From NCBI GenBank assembly GCA_023515725.1, contig JALDTO010000266.1, positions 2,312,217 to 2,376,216 on the forward strand: 64,000 nt of DNA, given 5' to 3'. Shown piece by piece: positions 10,981-22,701 of the stretch; within the stretch, counting starts at the first letter, position 1; each line of letters opens with the position of its first letter. The notes under the pieces were generated by a model. The model saw only the letters and a program-made list of their open reading frames with translations, had not been told where the DNA came from and searched no databases. The position numbers and the translations under genes are program-made. This stretch comes from Amoeboaphelidium protococcarum X5 (Eukaryota > Fungi > Aphelidiomycota).

Positions 10981-13900
10981 TCAAATTTATTTAGGCGCGC
11001 ATTTGATAAAGTATTATCCTTTGGATGATGACTATTAGGCCGCAATGGACAGCAAAATACGCGCATTAGAAGTCTTGAGCGGATTTCCACCAATGAATGC
11101 CACGTAGCTCAACTTGGATTCATGCGGTAGGGTATAATTGATTTTGAGTATTTTCAAGACATTCCATGATATCAAATCCAATGCGGATTAATCACTCAAG
11201 GATGTTGAGAGATGGCTGTTCATGGAACCATCGAGATTAATCTTGCTAGTCAACTGAACCAGTCCAGCCCACCAGAACATTTCTCTCAGTTGCAAGTCTT
11301 AATCCGTGGCGAGGGCAAATTTAACACCGTGCCGAATCAAAATTTGTATATCCGTCATTAATTACATCTGTGAGGTATTATTAGTCTAAGACTAAGTTGA
11401 AGCAGCGTAGAGAGAACTCAGCGACCGGCTTCTGCGACTATCATATGCTTCTGGAGTGGAGGATGGCGTGGTCAGTATCAGCCTGATGTTATTCTTCGCA
11501 ATTAACTCTGCCACCATCCAGCTCTCAACTCCGCCATAAATGACCATATTTATACGGCAAGTCTCGCAAAACTCCTTTACGGCGTCCTCTATTAGGGACT
11601 TGATACGAATGACACCTCTTATCAACTCCGCGTTATCTACATGAATTGCCAAAGGGAGATCACCGGTGAGTACTGCAACAAACTTGTTTCTATGAGATTT
11701 GCATCCCTATATTTTCTCTGAGCAGCTTTTAAAATCTTTCAATGCTCTTTGTAGCAAGCGCTCAAAATAATACAACTAACCAGTGAACGATTACAGCAAA
11801 TCACCATTTAGAGACCTGCCCATTGTGAGATGTAAAGCCACTGCTGACTGTATAACGCGGTTATCGACATTCTACTCGTTGAGTGCAATCAGAGAACTCA
11901 CGCCGCGAACCATACTAGATGAACTAGAAGGCGGTACCACTACAGCTTACTCGATTCCAGCCTATTAAGCCATTATCATCAGCTTTGAGTCTACGTGCTC
12001 TAAAAGCTGAGGATCAAATTTCAACTTGTGAAAAGCGGTTTCACTTATCTGCTAAGCAGAGTCTTCCATTAGGGGAGCATTCACGTTGATTACCTGGTCA
12101 AATCCAAATCCACCATCCATAATCAAAGAATCCCAAACTCCTAAACGAGGAGCCACTTACTAAGTGACCAGCTCCTGGCTTATCTCCTTTATGCCAAGTT
12201 CAGTATTTGCAGCAATTGGACCTTATACAAAAATACCATTCTTCATATCTATACTGAGTTCTGTATCATACTGAGAGCAATCCGTCTCTTGTCCAAAACA
12301 GACGATTTAGAGATTATCGATATTTAACTACACCCGTGATAATACACTATCATGCAACTTAAAACCAAGCACTATGGTCAAATTTTCACCACTCATAAAC
12401 TTATCTTACTCAGTGTAGATCAAAGACAAATTATAGAGTCTCATTTAACATTTGCCACCGCATTTATCAGAAAGGCTGTCACAAATAGACTCCATATCCT
12501 ATCTATATACTTTAAAATTATTAATGTGATGGGATCTTATGGAAACATGGTCTACATATTGCTTCCAAGACTCAACCTTATTATGAACAATGCGGCCATC
12601 CACGATTATAAGAGCTGGACGAGTTTACAGATTAAGGATAGGATTAAGAGGCCATAGGACAAGATCCGCATCCATTCCGACTTTAATATCTCCAACGCGG
12701 TCCTAAATACCTAAAGCAATAGCAGGATTTCTGGTTACAGAGTTAAGAACTACACGCCAACTTTTCTCTGAATAATGAAGAGTCTTGAAAGCTTCATAAT
12801 GTAGGAGTTGAGCATTCACAATGGGATGATCACTCTTGATGGCGACATTCAAGCCTGCATCGACCAGCTGATCAAATTAACGTACACTAGCACGGTACGC
12901 CTCGTATTTGTAGTAGCCCCGATCACTAAACATTGCCACTGACAAATCACTGAAATAATGTCCATTCCATTTGATAAAAGGAATCATTTCATGGGCAGAA
13001 GTTGCATGATGGAGTGCAGCAATTGTAAAGTTGAATTCTATACTCAATTGTAACACCATCTCAATATCAACTGCACTATAAACATGGGTATGAACAACAG
13101 CATCACCTAGGAGAATTTGTCTATAGACTGAAAGTGCAACGTCATCAGGATATTGAACATTCAGCAGATTATTCAGATATCTTATGCTACACCATTGTTT
13201 TTGACGTTAAATCAAATTCTAAGCACCCGTAAACTTCTAGCGCAAATAGGAACCAATACCGAGACGTGTTGAATGTTGCTGTGACCGAACATTCTCACCC
13301 ACAGCCATCTTGACCAATCTGCGATTCTTCTTCATATTACTTCCTTGCTAATCAAGCCTATGAAAGTCGCATTTATCTCTTTGATCAGGAATATGATGTT
13401 GATCATCGTGGAAAAGTAAATCTCTAACACTCTAAGCCCAGGGTCGATGCTTGACTATCTACGCGTAACCACCGACAATATTAGCAGAACCAGGCAGGAT
13501 CAAACTAGAGGTGACACCACCGTTTAATATCAGATTCAATTAAACATCTTCAACATGGATAGCATCTCTTACATCACCAATCAATCCTTCATTTTCTTCA
13601 TTAAAATCCTAACTAGTTCTGAAAGTGGGCCATGTATCCACGCCTGCATGAGAGTGCATGTCGATGAAACCAGGCATTAAAGTCATTTCATGGCAGTTTA
13701 CTCTAATAAGATTATCAACCTCGTATAGATTTAATCCTAAATTAGACTCATATATCGACTTAATTACGCCATCTCTAATTATTAAAGAGCAATTTGAGCA
13801 TGAGGTGGAATGCGATTCGATAGACGCGTTATATAATAGCAAGATCTCAGTAGAACGCGTATCAGATCCCAGCCTGGATTAGTCAAATCGACTCTTAGTC

Positions 13901-14010
13901 GCATAAATTCTATAAAATACCACCAGGCACCACACAGCAGTTGCACAAAGCAATATCTGCAATCTTCGCAGTCTTCTGCTGATAAAAATGCGTCTATATG
14001 ATAACTTCAT
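10981..14010 (-). CDS. Membrane-anchored tandem-domain amidohydrolase
   Basis: 1010-codon ORF. N-terminal hydrophobic anchor, PGFIDMHSHAG (HxH), GGVTSSLILPGSANIVGG, KMAVGEN, HTHVY, LHHATSAH, AIKSDHP and G.IKVGMDADLVLW, then a second degenerate barrel. Confidence 0.9.
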
Positions 14011-14145
14011 AAAAAATTATAATTAGTGTTGAGAATGTGACAACATGCGGCAAGATTGAAAGTTCATTGTAAAACCATTTTCTCTTTATATTCTCTCAGC
14101 GTCTCATCTAATCTTTTATTTGCGTCTCAAAATCATTAGAATACT

Positions 14146-15231
14146 TCAATTTCTTGGAGCATAGCGGTAATTAAAAGCACTGTCTTGGCGCTACATACGC
14201 GGTAATTCAATTTATCGTTCAGCATTTCCGTCATTTCGGGGTTCGATAGCCGCAGCAACAGCCTCATCAATGATATTATTATCACCTCTATCTTGACGCT
14301 ACTCATCTAAATATTTAAACGCCGAAGCAGTGACATTTATTTCTAAAGCGGCGTACAATAGTGAAACTATCGCTCCTATAAGCCCAAGGCCTGTGTAAAT
14401 ACCAACTGCGTCATATACACCTTCTCTGCTCGTTAAAGCCATCATAATCGATAGGTAGGCATAGCAATAGAAGACCACCAGAACACGAAACAACGCCAAT
14501 AAACCATACACCAGCTTATTACGTGTAGTACACCCAACTAGAAGTGACGCCACCCATAGAGCCAAAAGGATCATTGTCACAATAAATAGAGCTTACACCT
14601 GGACGTCAGGATAAGCCCATGGGTGAGTCCTGTAGTAGTTTCTCTCATTGCGCGGAACTTCAATGAATGCCTGCAACTTACGACTCTTTTAGATGCAATC
14701 TTTGACGAAGGTATCCTAGTCACTCACAAATTAAGCTAAGCGACCGGTGCTTGCCTACGGATCTTACTAATGTGACTGAAAGATAGACATCACCTCATCA
14801 GCCTATCCAGATTAACCCGTAGCCTTCTGCAGGAATTGAGAGAACATCTACTATGGATTCTGACCACTGAATCTCTGCTACACCAAGCTCACCATCTTAT
14901 GAGACTGCGCCTTCATTCTAGGAGCCATTTTGATGAGATGATCCACCACACCATCTAAACTGAAGGACACACGTTGAGCAGTATTAGACGCGATTTGCTC
15001 AATAGCAGACAACAGCTCGCGATCACCGCCTGTAAATTAGTGGATGATACTATCAAAATTCACGCCACCATTACCAGTACCACCACCAGCAGCAGCAGAT
15101 TGACCACCTTGCACCATAGCACTCAAGTCAGCATTGTGAAATGCACCAATTCTAACAGCCTGTATCGTGGGAAAGAGACAATTTTGCCACAGCAGCAGCC
15201 AGGAGAAAAAAAATGCATATCCCGTAGCCAT
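14146..15231 (-). CDS. Orphan protein: signal peptide, Gln-rich ectodomain, ~3 TM helices (family copy 2)
   Basis: 362-codon ORF beginning MATGYAFFFSWLLLWQNCLFPTIQAVRIGAFHNA. Nearly identical to 5617-6756 in the N-terminal half. Confidence 0.85.
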
Positions 15232-15917
15232 TTTATAGTAAGTATAGAATTTTTAATTTCAACTTCAATAAGTGTCAGTATCTATAGATTGCCTTAACGT
15301 TATAATAAAAAGCTTGAGACACCCCACACGCGTTTAATTGTCTCTCTTATCAGAAGTTTACATCCCACGTTGATACTTTGCGATGTTACATTCACGAGTT
15401 TGCGACAACACCGCGATCATCATCAGATCTAAACGATGCGATTGGGTCATAGTGGAATAGATCAAAGTGATTTCATATTGTCAATCTTTACTGTCATTGA
15501 AATAATTAAGCTGAGTTGTCGATGTTTCAAGCGAAATTAATACCAGTATCAGGAAACTTAAATTTAGATATTCACTTGAGATGGAATATTGTTCATTTCA
15601 TCCAATTCAACTAGACTCAAACTGTATAAATGTTAGCTCATACATATTTAGGAGATCATTATCGCGTGCCATATACACAAGCTGCTGTTCTGACGATTGA
15701 ATATTATACACCCATAGTCGGCGTGTTTGTAAACAAAGAGTCACTCTTAAATCAGCTAATTCTACAATAAAATATCTATCAAAAGGAAATCATTTCTGTC
15801 GCGTATGGCAGGTTTCTCACAATTAATACCACACAACTGTGGGAAAAGATTGGAAGCAATATGGGTAACAACTTACTAAACGATTCAAACAGGACGCGAG
15901 TGAAACAAATTGAAACA

Positions 15918-15925
15918 TTTCGCGC
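15918..15925 (+). promoter_or_regulatory. E2F-like site TTTCGCGC upstream of the GCP gene
   Basis: Exact TTTCGCGC about 70 nt before the ATG at 15997, with ACGCG and a TGAAACA direct repeat nearby. Confidence 0.3.
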
Positions 15926-15996
15926 CCCGTTTGATGCTCTCTCTCTTTCTCGTTTCACGCACTCACTCACTTGCCCGCCCGAGATTTAACACGATT

Positions 15997-17676
15997 ATGC
16001 TAGGTGCAGATAAGTAGACACAGCAGTCTAAATACCAGCACCTGTCACAGTCTGTTCAAGATTCATCTCATCATCTATCCGTTCTGTGTGCTATGCAGGC
16101 TTTAGTTAAATGTAATTGCTATGAAAAGTTGAATTAATTGCTCTTATGGTAAGCTGAGAGGAGCGGGAGTTTGCTGTGGAATGGATGCGCCAACGCTCTG
16201 GCCGTGGTCTTGGACGAGCTACTACACCGGGCTGTAGATACTTAGTACAAGTAATCTCAAATTAATAATTATAATAATAATTCCAGAAATAGTAGTATGT
16301 CAAGTTTGGATTTGACCATTTAAAAGATGAAGAATGTCGATTTGAATCAGATTTCAGAGTACTAGTTAAATGACATTATTGGATCCTTGTATTAGACTTA
16401 TCTAAAGTTGAAGTAGAGTTCATAGAATGGGCAGATGCTTGATTTAATTAAATTCGATTATGAGGCAACTGGGTCTTAATTTTAGAAGGAAGTATACCTG
16501 AAGCTCTTGAATGAAGCAATTCAGCCCGTTGTAAAGTCCATTCTTGCAGTACTGTCGGGATAAAGTTACAGTTTTATTGTATTAGATTTCTAATGTATTT
16601 TATTTCCATAACAGGTGTTAAGTCAAGTTCAAGACATTTAAAGGTTGCATAATATGCTGCAAGGTTCGATATTACGAAATGAATTGTAATATTCGATATT
16701 GCGATCACAACAGCAGCGCTTCGATTAATCCAATCTTGATCAATTATTCAAGATGGTCAAAGATTAATATTAGCGGTTGAATTCTAAGGTTTTGGGTATT
16801 CTATTCAAAGAATGCTAATTGATTTAAAAGTTTAATGACATTGTGACCATGTATTTCATGATGGACAGCGTTGAAGTGATGAAATGGTTTTAACACGATT
16901 TTACAGATATAATGTTGCCCAATGGTAGAATTGGATTGTATCAGTACCTAGGTGGGGATATGATTTATGACTGTGGTAGTTCGCTGAGTGAGATGCTCTT
17001 CCTCATGATGGGTAAATAGGCATCCGTTCAGCAGCAGTAGTAGTATAACTAGTAGAGATATTTCCAGAGGTTGGGATTGCGAATGAAGGTTGAAGGTCCT
17101 CTTGAAGTTTTATTTCCTCTGAATGCATTTAGATCTTATGATTTGGTGTTTCGTTAGATGTTGTATATTAATGCATCCATTTTCGCTGTATCTAATCTGC
17201 TTAATGAAGTCAACGATAGCTTAGAACGCGACACTTGGTTGGCATTGTCTACTCTGCTCCAGGCTCTCTCTGTAATTTAGAATCATATTGCGGATTAACT
17301 AAAATCTCATGTGCGATAATTCCAATCTTAATTGATTTAGACGCAGTTAACACTTGATAATCCTGACAAGGTTGTCAGTCTGTCGCAACTGCAAATATCT
17401 CATCACAGATTTTTAAGTGACTGCTTGGATTCTGCCCTGGTGACTGATATTGATTTAGTGTCTGTTATGCATCAATTATTCGATCAGTGCTTCTCATTTC
17501 TACAATAGTATGGAGATGTGGTGGTAAAAGAGAAAGATATCATCATGTCGACTGCCCATCAGTCAAATTAAACCATAAAAGCACTGGTAGAGCTGCTGCG
17601 AAAGCTAACTGCTGCGGGGGGAGAATTACATTTGGCAATGCTTTTTGATAGACTCTCATGTATTATAAATTTATGA
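15997..17676 (+). CDS. Divergent gamma-tubulin complex component (GCP/Spc97-Spc98 family)
   Basis: 560-codon ORF. LNSKVLGILFKECQLIQKFNDIVTMYFMMD, LRMKVEGPLEVLFPLNAFRSYDLVFRQML and SHHRFLSDCL resemble the GCP C-terminal domain. Confidence 0.7.
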
Positions 17677-17712
17677 ATTATTTGTATCTATATACACTTT
17701 ATTCATAGCGTA

Positions 17713-19577
17713 TCATAGTGCATCCATATCCACCTACTTACCTCCGATCCAAAGCTACGATATTTTGCTCGCGGATAACTGTTTTTCATCTAGATCTATA
17801 TCCCAAATCATGGTGTCCACCACTATGAAATCTGCGCATGATCCAACTTTCAACTAACTATATTCATCGTCTTTATGGCAAGCATATGCGCCATTTATGG
17901 TATACATTTGTAAGGTTTAGTCAAAGGTAAGACATTACTCTGGATTAAACTATGCTGATTTCTTAGTGCTCTTGGCTTGACTTGCACTTTAGATTTAGGA
18001 ATCATCTTTAGATTATAAATCGTGGTAAGAACGAAAGATAGCAGCTGCAATACCGAGTATTGGATCACAGCTCTCAACTGGAGCATCAGATCCTCCGGCA
18101 CATATAACTCCAGCATCCCATAATGATTTCCAAGCGTAACAATACTTTAAACGTTCCTAGTCAGTGCCGAGAATCTACTTTAAATGAGGTGCATCTGAAG
18201 TGACAAATGACGGCTGTATATTGGCAATCACACCCATCTGGGCCATACGTTCGATAAGGCTTTAGGTGAGCACCTAGCAATGTGTCAGAATAGGACGATG
18301 CTCACGCGTAACGCCAGCGTTTTCAAAAGCATCCAACACGACTGAGGCAGCATAATCACCAATAGCGTGAACTTCTAGTCGCCATCCGCGGTCATGAGCA
18401 TCTTTAACGCGAGCGAATAACTCCTCCACGGTGAGTGACAAATGACCCGAGTGATCACATTTATCATAGTGTTTACTCAGTGCGGCAGTCTTGGCTCCCA
18501 AGCTTCCATCTGCGAACAACTTGACGCGATCGCAGAATAGCTATCCCTTGTGCGAGATTCCAGGATAAAGTTCAGGTATATAGAATGGACTATCAGGCAG
18601 AGTCTCGTCATACGGCACGGTGAGATGAATCCTTAATGGCATTATGATATCTTCATCATCAATCAACGATTTCCATACATTCCAGGCACCGTAAAAGTCG
18701 TTGGTCTATACTGAGGATATACCATGTCTCAGACACTCCTTAGCACCACGTCTAAAGATTTACTGCTTAACACGATCAGGGTAAGAGAGATAGATGAACT
18801 TTTTCACTTCAAACAATGCCGACTCTCGCAAAATTCCGTTCAAATTTTCATTTTAATCTCTTCCAATGAGAATAGTAGAGTCCAAGTTCTTGTTAAAGAA
18901 ACTTCGTAGCTGTTGCAGGTGCAGATCTTCATTCTAATGTAGATCATGGTCGCCATCAGAGACGAGCAACATGCTGCAATCTTCAGGAGAAAGTAAACCG
19001 AAGAGTTCCAATGCTTTGCTGTTCACGATACACTAATGAAGACAAGTCCTAAACACCGTCACAGGCATATCCCTAGAAATAGACATTGAATCCAATAACT
19101 CTCTAGAGATTTCCATTTGAGACTCATTCCAGCCTACAAGAACGCGAAAGGTTGATTCAATAATATTCAGTAGGTAAATCCCAACTAAAGATTAAACTTA
19201 CCGTTGGCAGATAATACGCGCAACTCTGGGTGATCCGAATGCAACTTGTGCAGCTATCCATCAAGCTACTGGATAGATTTAACGTCACTCACATCAACTG
19301 CCAAATTGGAAAGACTCTCGCCCAGCATTTACACATGAATATGCGAGTCGGTAAACGCAGGCAGAATATATTTGGGTAGAATATCATAATCGTTGTTCAC
19401 TTATAAGTATGAGTCAAACCCGTGATCATATTTAATTTTCAACTTACCATTAGCACCAATTTCCATCGTATCGAGCTCAGTTCCTGTTTAGATTTCCCGT
19501 ACTCTTCCATCTTAAATCACCATAGAGCCCATAATGCCATTATGAGTCCAAATTCGATTACGCGCACTTACAAGCAT
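17713..19577 (-). CDS. Amidohydrolase_3 family (YtcJ/LAF3-like), intron 19134-19201
   Basis: LPAFTDSHIHV, RTCLH, VNSKALEL, RVKLFADGSLGAKTAAL, EVHAIGDYA, ILTHCQV, IQPSFVTSD, GGSDAPVE, LKVGSCADFIVVD. Confidence 0.93.
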
Positions 19578-19955
19578 TATTATTATTGCACGTCACGTCA
19601 ACACAGGCTTTAATTATTACAGTAGTAAGGAAAAGGGGGGTTTCAATTGAACTTATTCGGGGCTTTCTCAGAGATTGATTAGACTTGTATCTTAAATCTA
19701 CACATAGTATTATTCATGTTATAATTACGCGGTTAAGACATTATCATAGTATATTCTAACAGTGAAATTTTAGTGTAACTAAAATTGTCACATCTGAGTA
19801 AGTTTCCTTCTCTATTCTTTTCTGATCAGAAATTCGAATGCAGTTTTGACATACAATACCTAGTGCAATAGTTACGTTTTTGGCAGTTGGGTCATAAATA
19901 ATAATCACATTAATAATATAATTTTGGATATTTGCAGTTTTAAGTTAATTGTATA

Positions 19956-20690
19956 ATGAGTAGCTGTTGTTATAATTTAATATACGATTAGATTGATCTA
20001 TAAAAGTTTTGGATCATTGAATGTATTGATGTGCCATTTCAGGGAACTTCTACTAATAATGATGGTAATAACAATAATGATGATGATGAGTAAGATGATT
20101 CAGTTTAGATTAAAATTCAAATTACAGATGGAGTATCAAGTTTGTATTGCGCCGAAAAGTAGTTTTAATCCGCAGTAGAAGGTGATTAATTTTTGAAAGC
20201 TATAACATCTGGACAGTCTTTTGTTAATGTTGAAAAGGATGGCACCGGTCTGAGGTTGATTGTAAAAGGTGTCACTGATCAATGGACTGTACAGTGTAAA
20301 TCTTCACAAATAACTAATCAGTTGCGCGATATTCTCTGGCGCATGGCTCGTAAGATTTAGTAATAGAATGTCTTGGAGTAGAACATACAAGAGCTGTAAT
20401 AGGAAGTTGCTAACCTTAAATCTGCAACAGCTGCTGCAAGTCAGTCGTCCTCCACAAGAACACCTGATCCTGTGTCAACTCAGTAATCACCATCTATTAA
20501 TCCGCCTTCTCCTCTTAGAATGAGTCCTTATCATCGCTCCAAGAGAATGAAGCCCAAGTTGGCTCCTAAAGCTGAGGCTATAATTGGAAAGCGGAGTACT
20601 TCCGTTAATTTTGTTAATCCAACTTAAAAGTTGCGAACTGGAGCCAATGCTCGATGGGCTAGTACCAAAAATACCAATACTGATCAATGA
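19956..20690 (+). CDS. PAXX: PAXX-like NHEJ factor (XRCC4/XLF/PAXX superfamily)
   Basis: 245 codons. Head domain IKIQITDGVSSLYCAE...FLKAITSGQ...LRLIVKG, coiled coil QLRDILWRMARKI...LEQNIQEL, disordered linker and C-terminal SVNFVNPTQK (cf. PAXX SLINPGFK). Upstream 5' exons are possible. Confidence 0.6.
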
Positions 20691-20814
20691 TGATTTCAGT
20701 AGTTGGCTTTACACTATTATGATTTTAATTCAACGCGCAATAAGAATATATCTTTGTTTAGAATGTAATATTATTCACTACTGAGTTTGAGATTGTCTCT
20801 GTCAATATTATCCA

Positions 20815-22299
20815 TCAATTTAGCCAAGTTTGGACGTCAGGCTTTCCCCACTTCTTGGTGATTTTACGACGCCAAGTGAAGAATTCCACTGCAGAATCTC
20901 CAGTGATATCACCGACAAATCCAAACTTACTTCTCTTGATACCACCGAATGAGAATGGCTCCCTCGGCACCGGAACTCCAATATTGAGACCCATCATACC
21001 AGCCTGAAATCTATTCAAAAACCAATCTGCAGTCTTTGCATCCTGAGTATAGATAGCTGCAGCGTTACCATACTGAGAAGAGTTTTAAATATCAACCGCC
21101 TACTGAGGAGACTCGCACTGATATATGCTCAGCACTGGACCAAAGATCTCTTCTTTCATTGCAGGATCTTGACTGCTCTTGTGTAGAATTATAGTTGGAC
21201 CGACCCAATAGCCGCGTTTATGCTCTTTACACCACTTTCGACCATCCAACAAGATTTGAGCTCCGTATTTTGATTCTGCCTCATCTATATAACGCAGAAT
21301 CTTCTGCATACTCTGCTCATCAATGACCGGCCCAATCTAACCAGCATCTTTACCTGCAGATACTGCCGAGGCCTTCTATACAATTTAGTCAATCAATTAC
21401 TACTAACTCTGACCAATTATCAACAATACCGACGCAGCCATACATCTTTAACCGGAGCAACCGGCAAAACTGTTCACTACATCTTGCGAAGTCATAGAGA
21501 TATCACAATCTGGAGCCGCCACAAGGTGATTTTTGGCTCCACCCAGAGCTAGTACTCTTTTATTCAGCTATGAGCATCTGTGATACAACAGCTCAGCCAC
21601 ATTGCTGGTGCCTACAAAAGTTACCGCTTTCACCAGTGGATGATCAACAATAGCCTCCACAGTCTACCTAGTGCCATTCAGGAGAGTGAATACACCATCA
21701 GGCAGACCGGCCTCTTTCCAAATTGCTGCCACCTTGTTCATCGTCATTGGCACCTTCTCGCTAGGCTTGAGTACTAACGTATTACCGCAAGCTAGCACAT
21801 GACCAATAGTCCAAAATGGGACCATATACGGGAAATTGAACGGCACAATAGATGCCACAACTCCGAGCGGTAGTCTATCGTCTTGACAAAAGACACCGCG
21901 AGACACTTCCATATGATTACCTTGCTTCTAGTTCTACAGTGAAATCGCATACTCCAATGTCTCATTACCCTTAGAGATCTCAGCCATAGCCTCAGGGATA
22001 GTCTTTCCATGTTCAAGATTGATAATACGGGCAAGTTCATCCTTGTACTTGAACTCTACCAGGTGCAGATATTTGGTCAAGTATGCAACTCTGGACTTTA
22101 GTGTCAACTACGACCAGGATTGATAAGCCTTATGCGCCGACTGAATAGCCGCATCGACAGCAGATGTATCTGTCAAAGGAACTTGAGCAATCACCGAGCC
22201 ATCATGAGGTGTGGAAACTTATAAGAAGTTCTCTCCACTGCCAACAACATTTTAGTACTAGCCACTAACAAAATTCTACAACTTAACCACTTGACTCAT
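20815..22299 (-). CDS. Methylmalonate/malonate-semialdehyde dehydrogenase (CoA-acylating, ALDH6 family)
   Basis: PLGVVASIVPFNFP, KPSEKVP, FVGTSNVA, LALGGAKNH, GCSGQRCMA (catalytic Cys), EEIFGPVL, GLNIGVPVP. 495 codons. Confidence 0.95.
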
Positions 22300-22483
22300 A
22301 TTATAACTAGTTTAATTATCTACACCAACAGATCTCAGTATTGCAGATGAAACACTTCAGCCGATCGTGGGAATTTGAAGAAGGAAAAGATGAAATCGGC
22401 TGGGGGGAATTCGTATGTCGCCCTCTGAAAATGTTTCAGCTTAGGACGAAGAAAAAGAAGAACTGTTTGCTCGTCATACACTC

Positions 22484-22514
<31 letters not shown>

Positions 22515-22515
22515 G
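22484..22515. repeat. (GA)n microsatellite in the divergent MMSDH/urease promoter
   Basis: agagagagag... tract, directly visible. Confidence 0.9.
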
Positions 22516-22701
22516 AATTTGACGCGCGTTCTATTCTGGACACATAAGGACCGGTCACTTGTCTAAAACACTCTTCAACGAAATCGCTCTCAATTGTTCC
22601 TGTTGAAATTCACGCGTTTCATTTCTTTGACTTCTTTTACCAGCATTGATAACAGTTGACTCTAATAGTAATCATATCCTACTTTGTCTATAGAGTATAG
22701 T

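Noticed and set aside
16560-16614. Apparent intron (AT-rich, ending in ACAG) in the GCP gene
   Set aside because: The frame is open through it under TAR=Gln, so no intron is needed.
16988-16999. GAGATGCTC as the right TIR of the Harbinger element
   Set aside because: It is a short imperfect match inside the GCP coding sequence, ~10 kb away, with no TTA/TAA target duplication.
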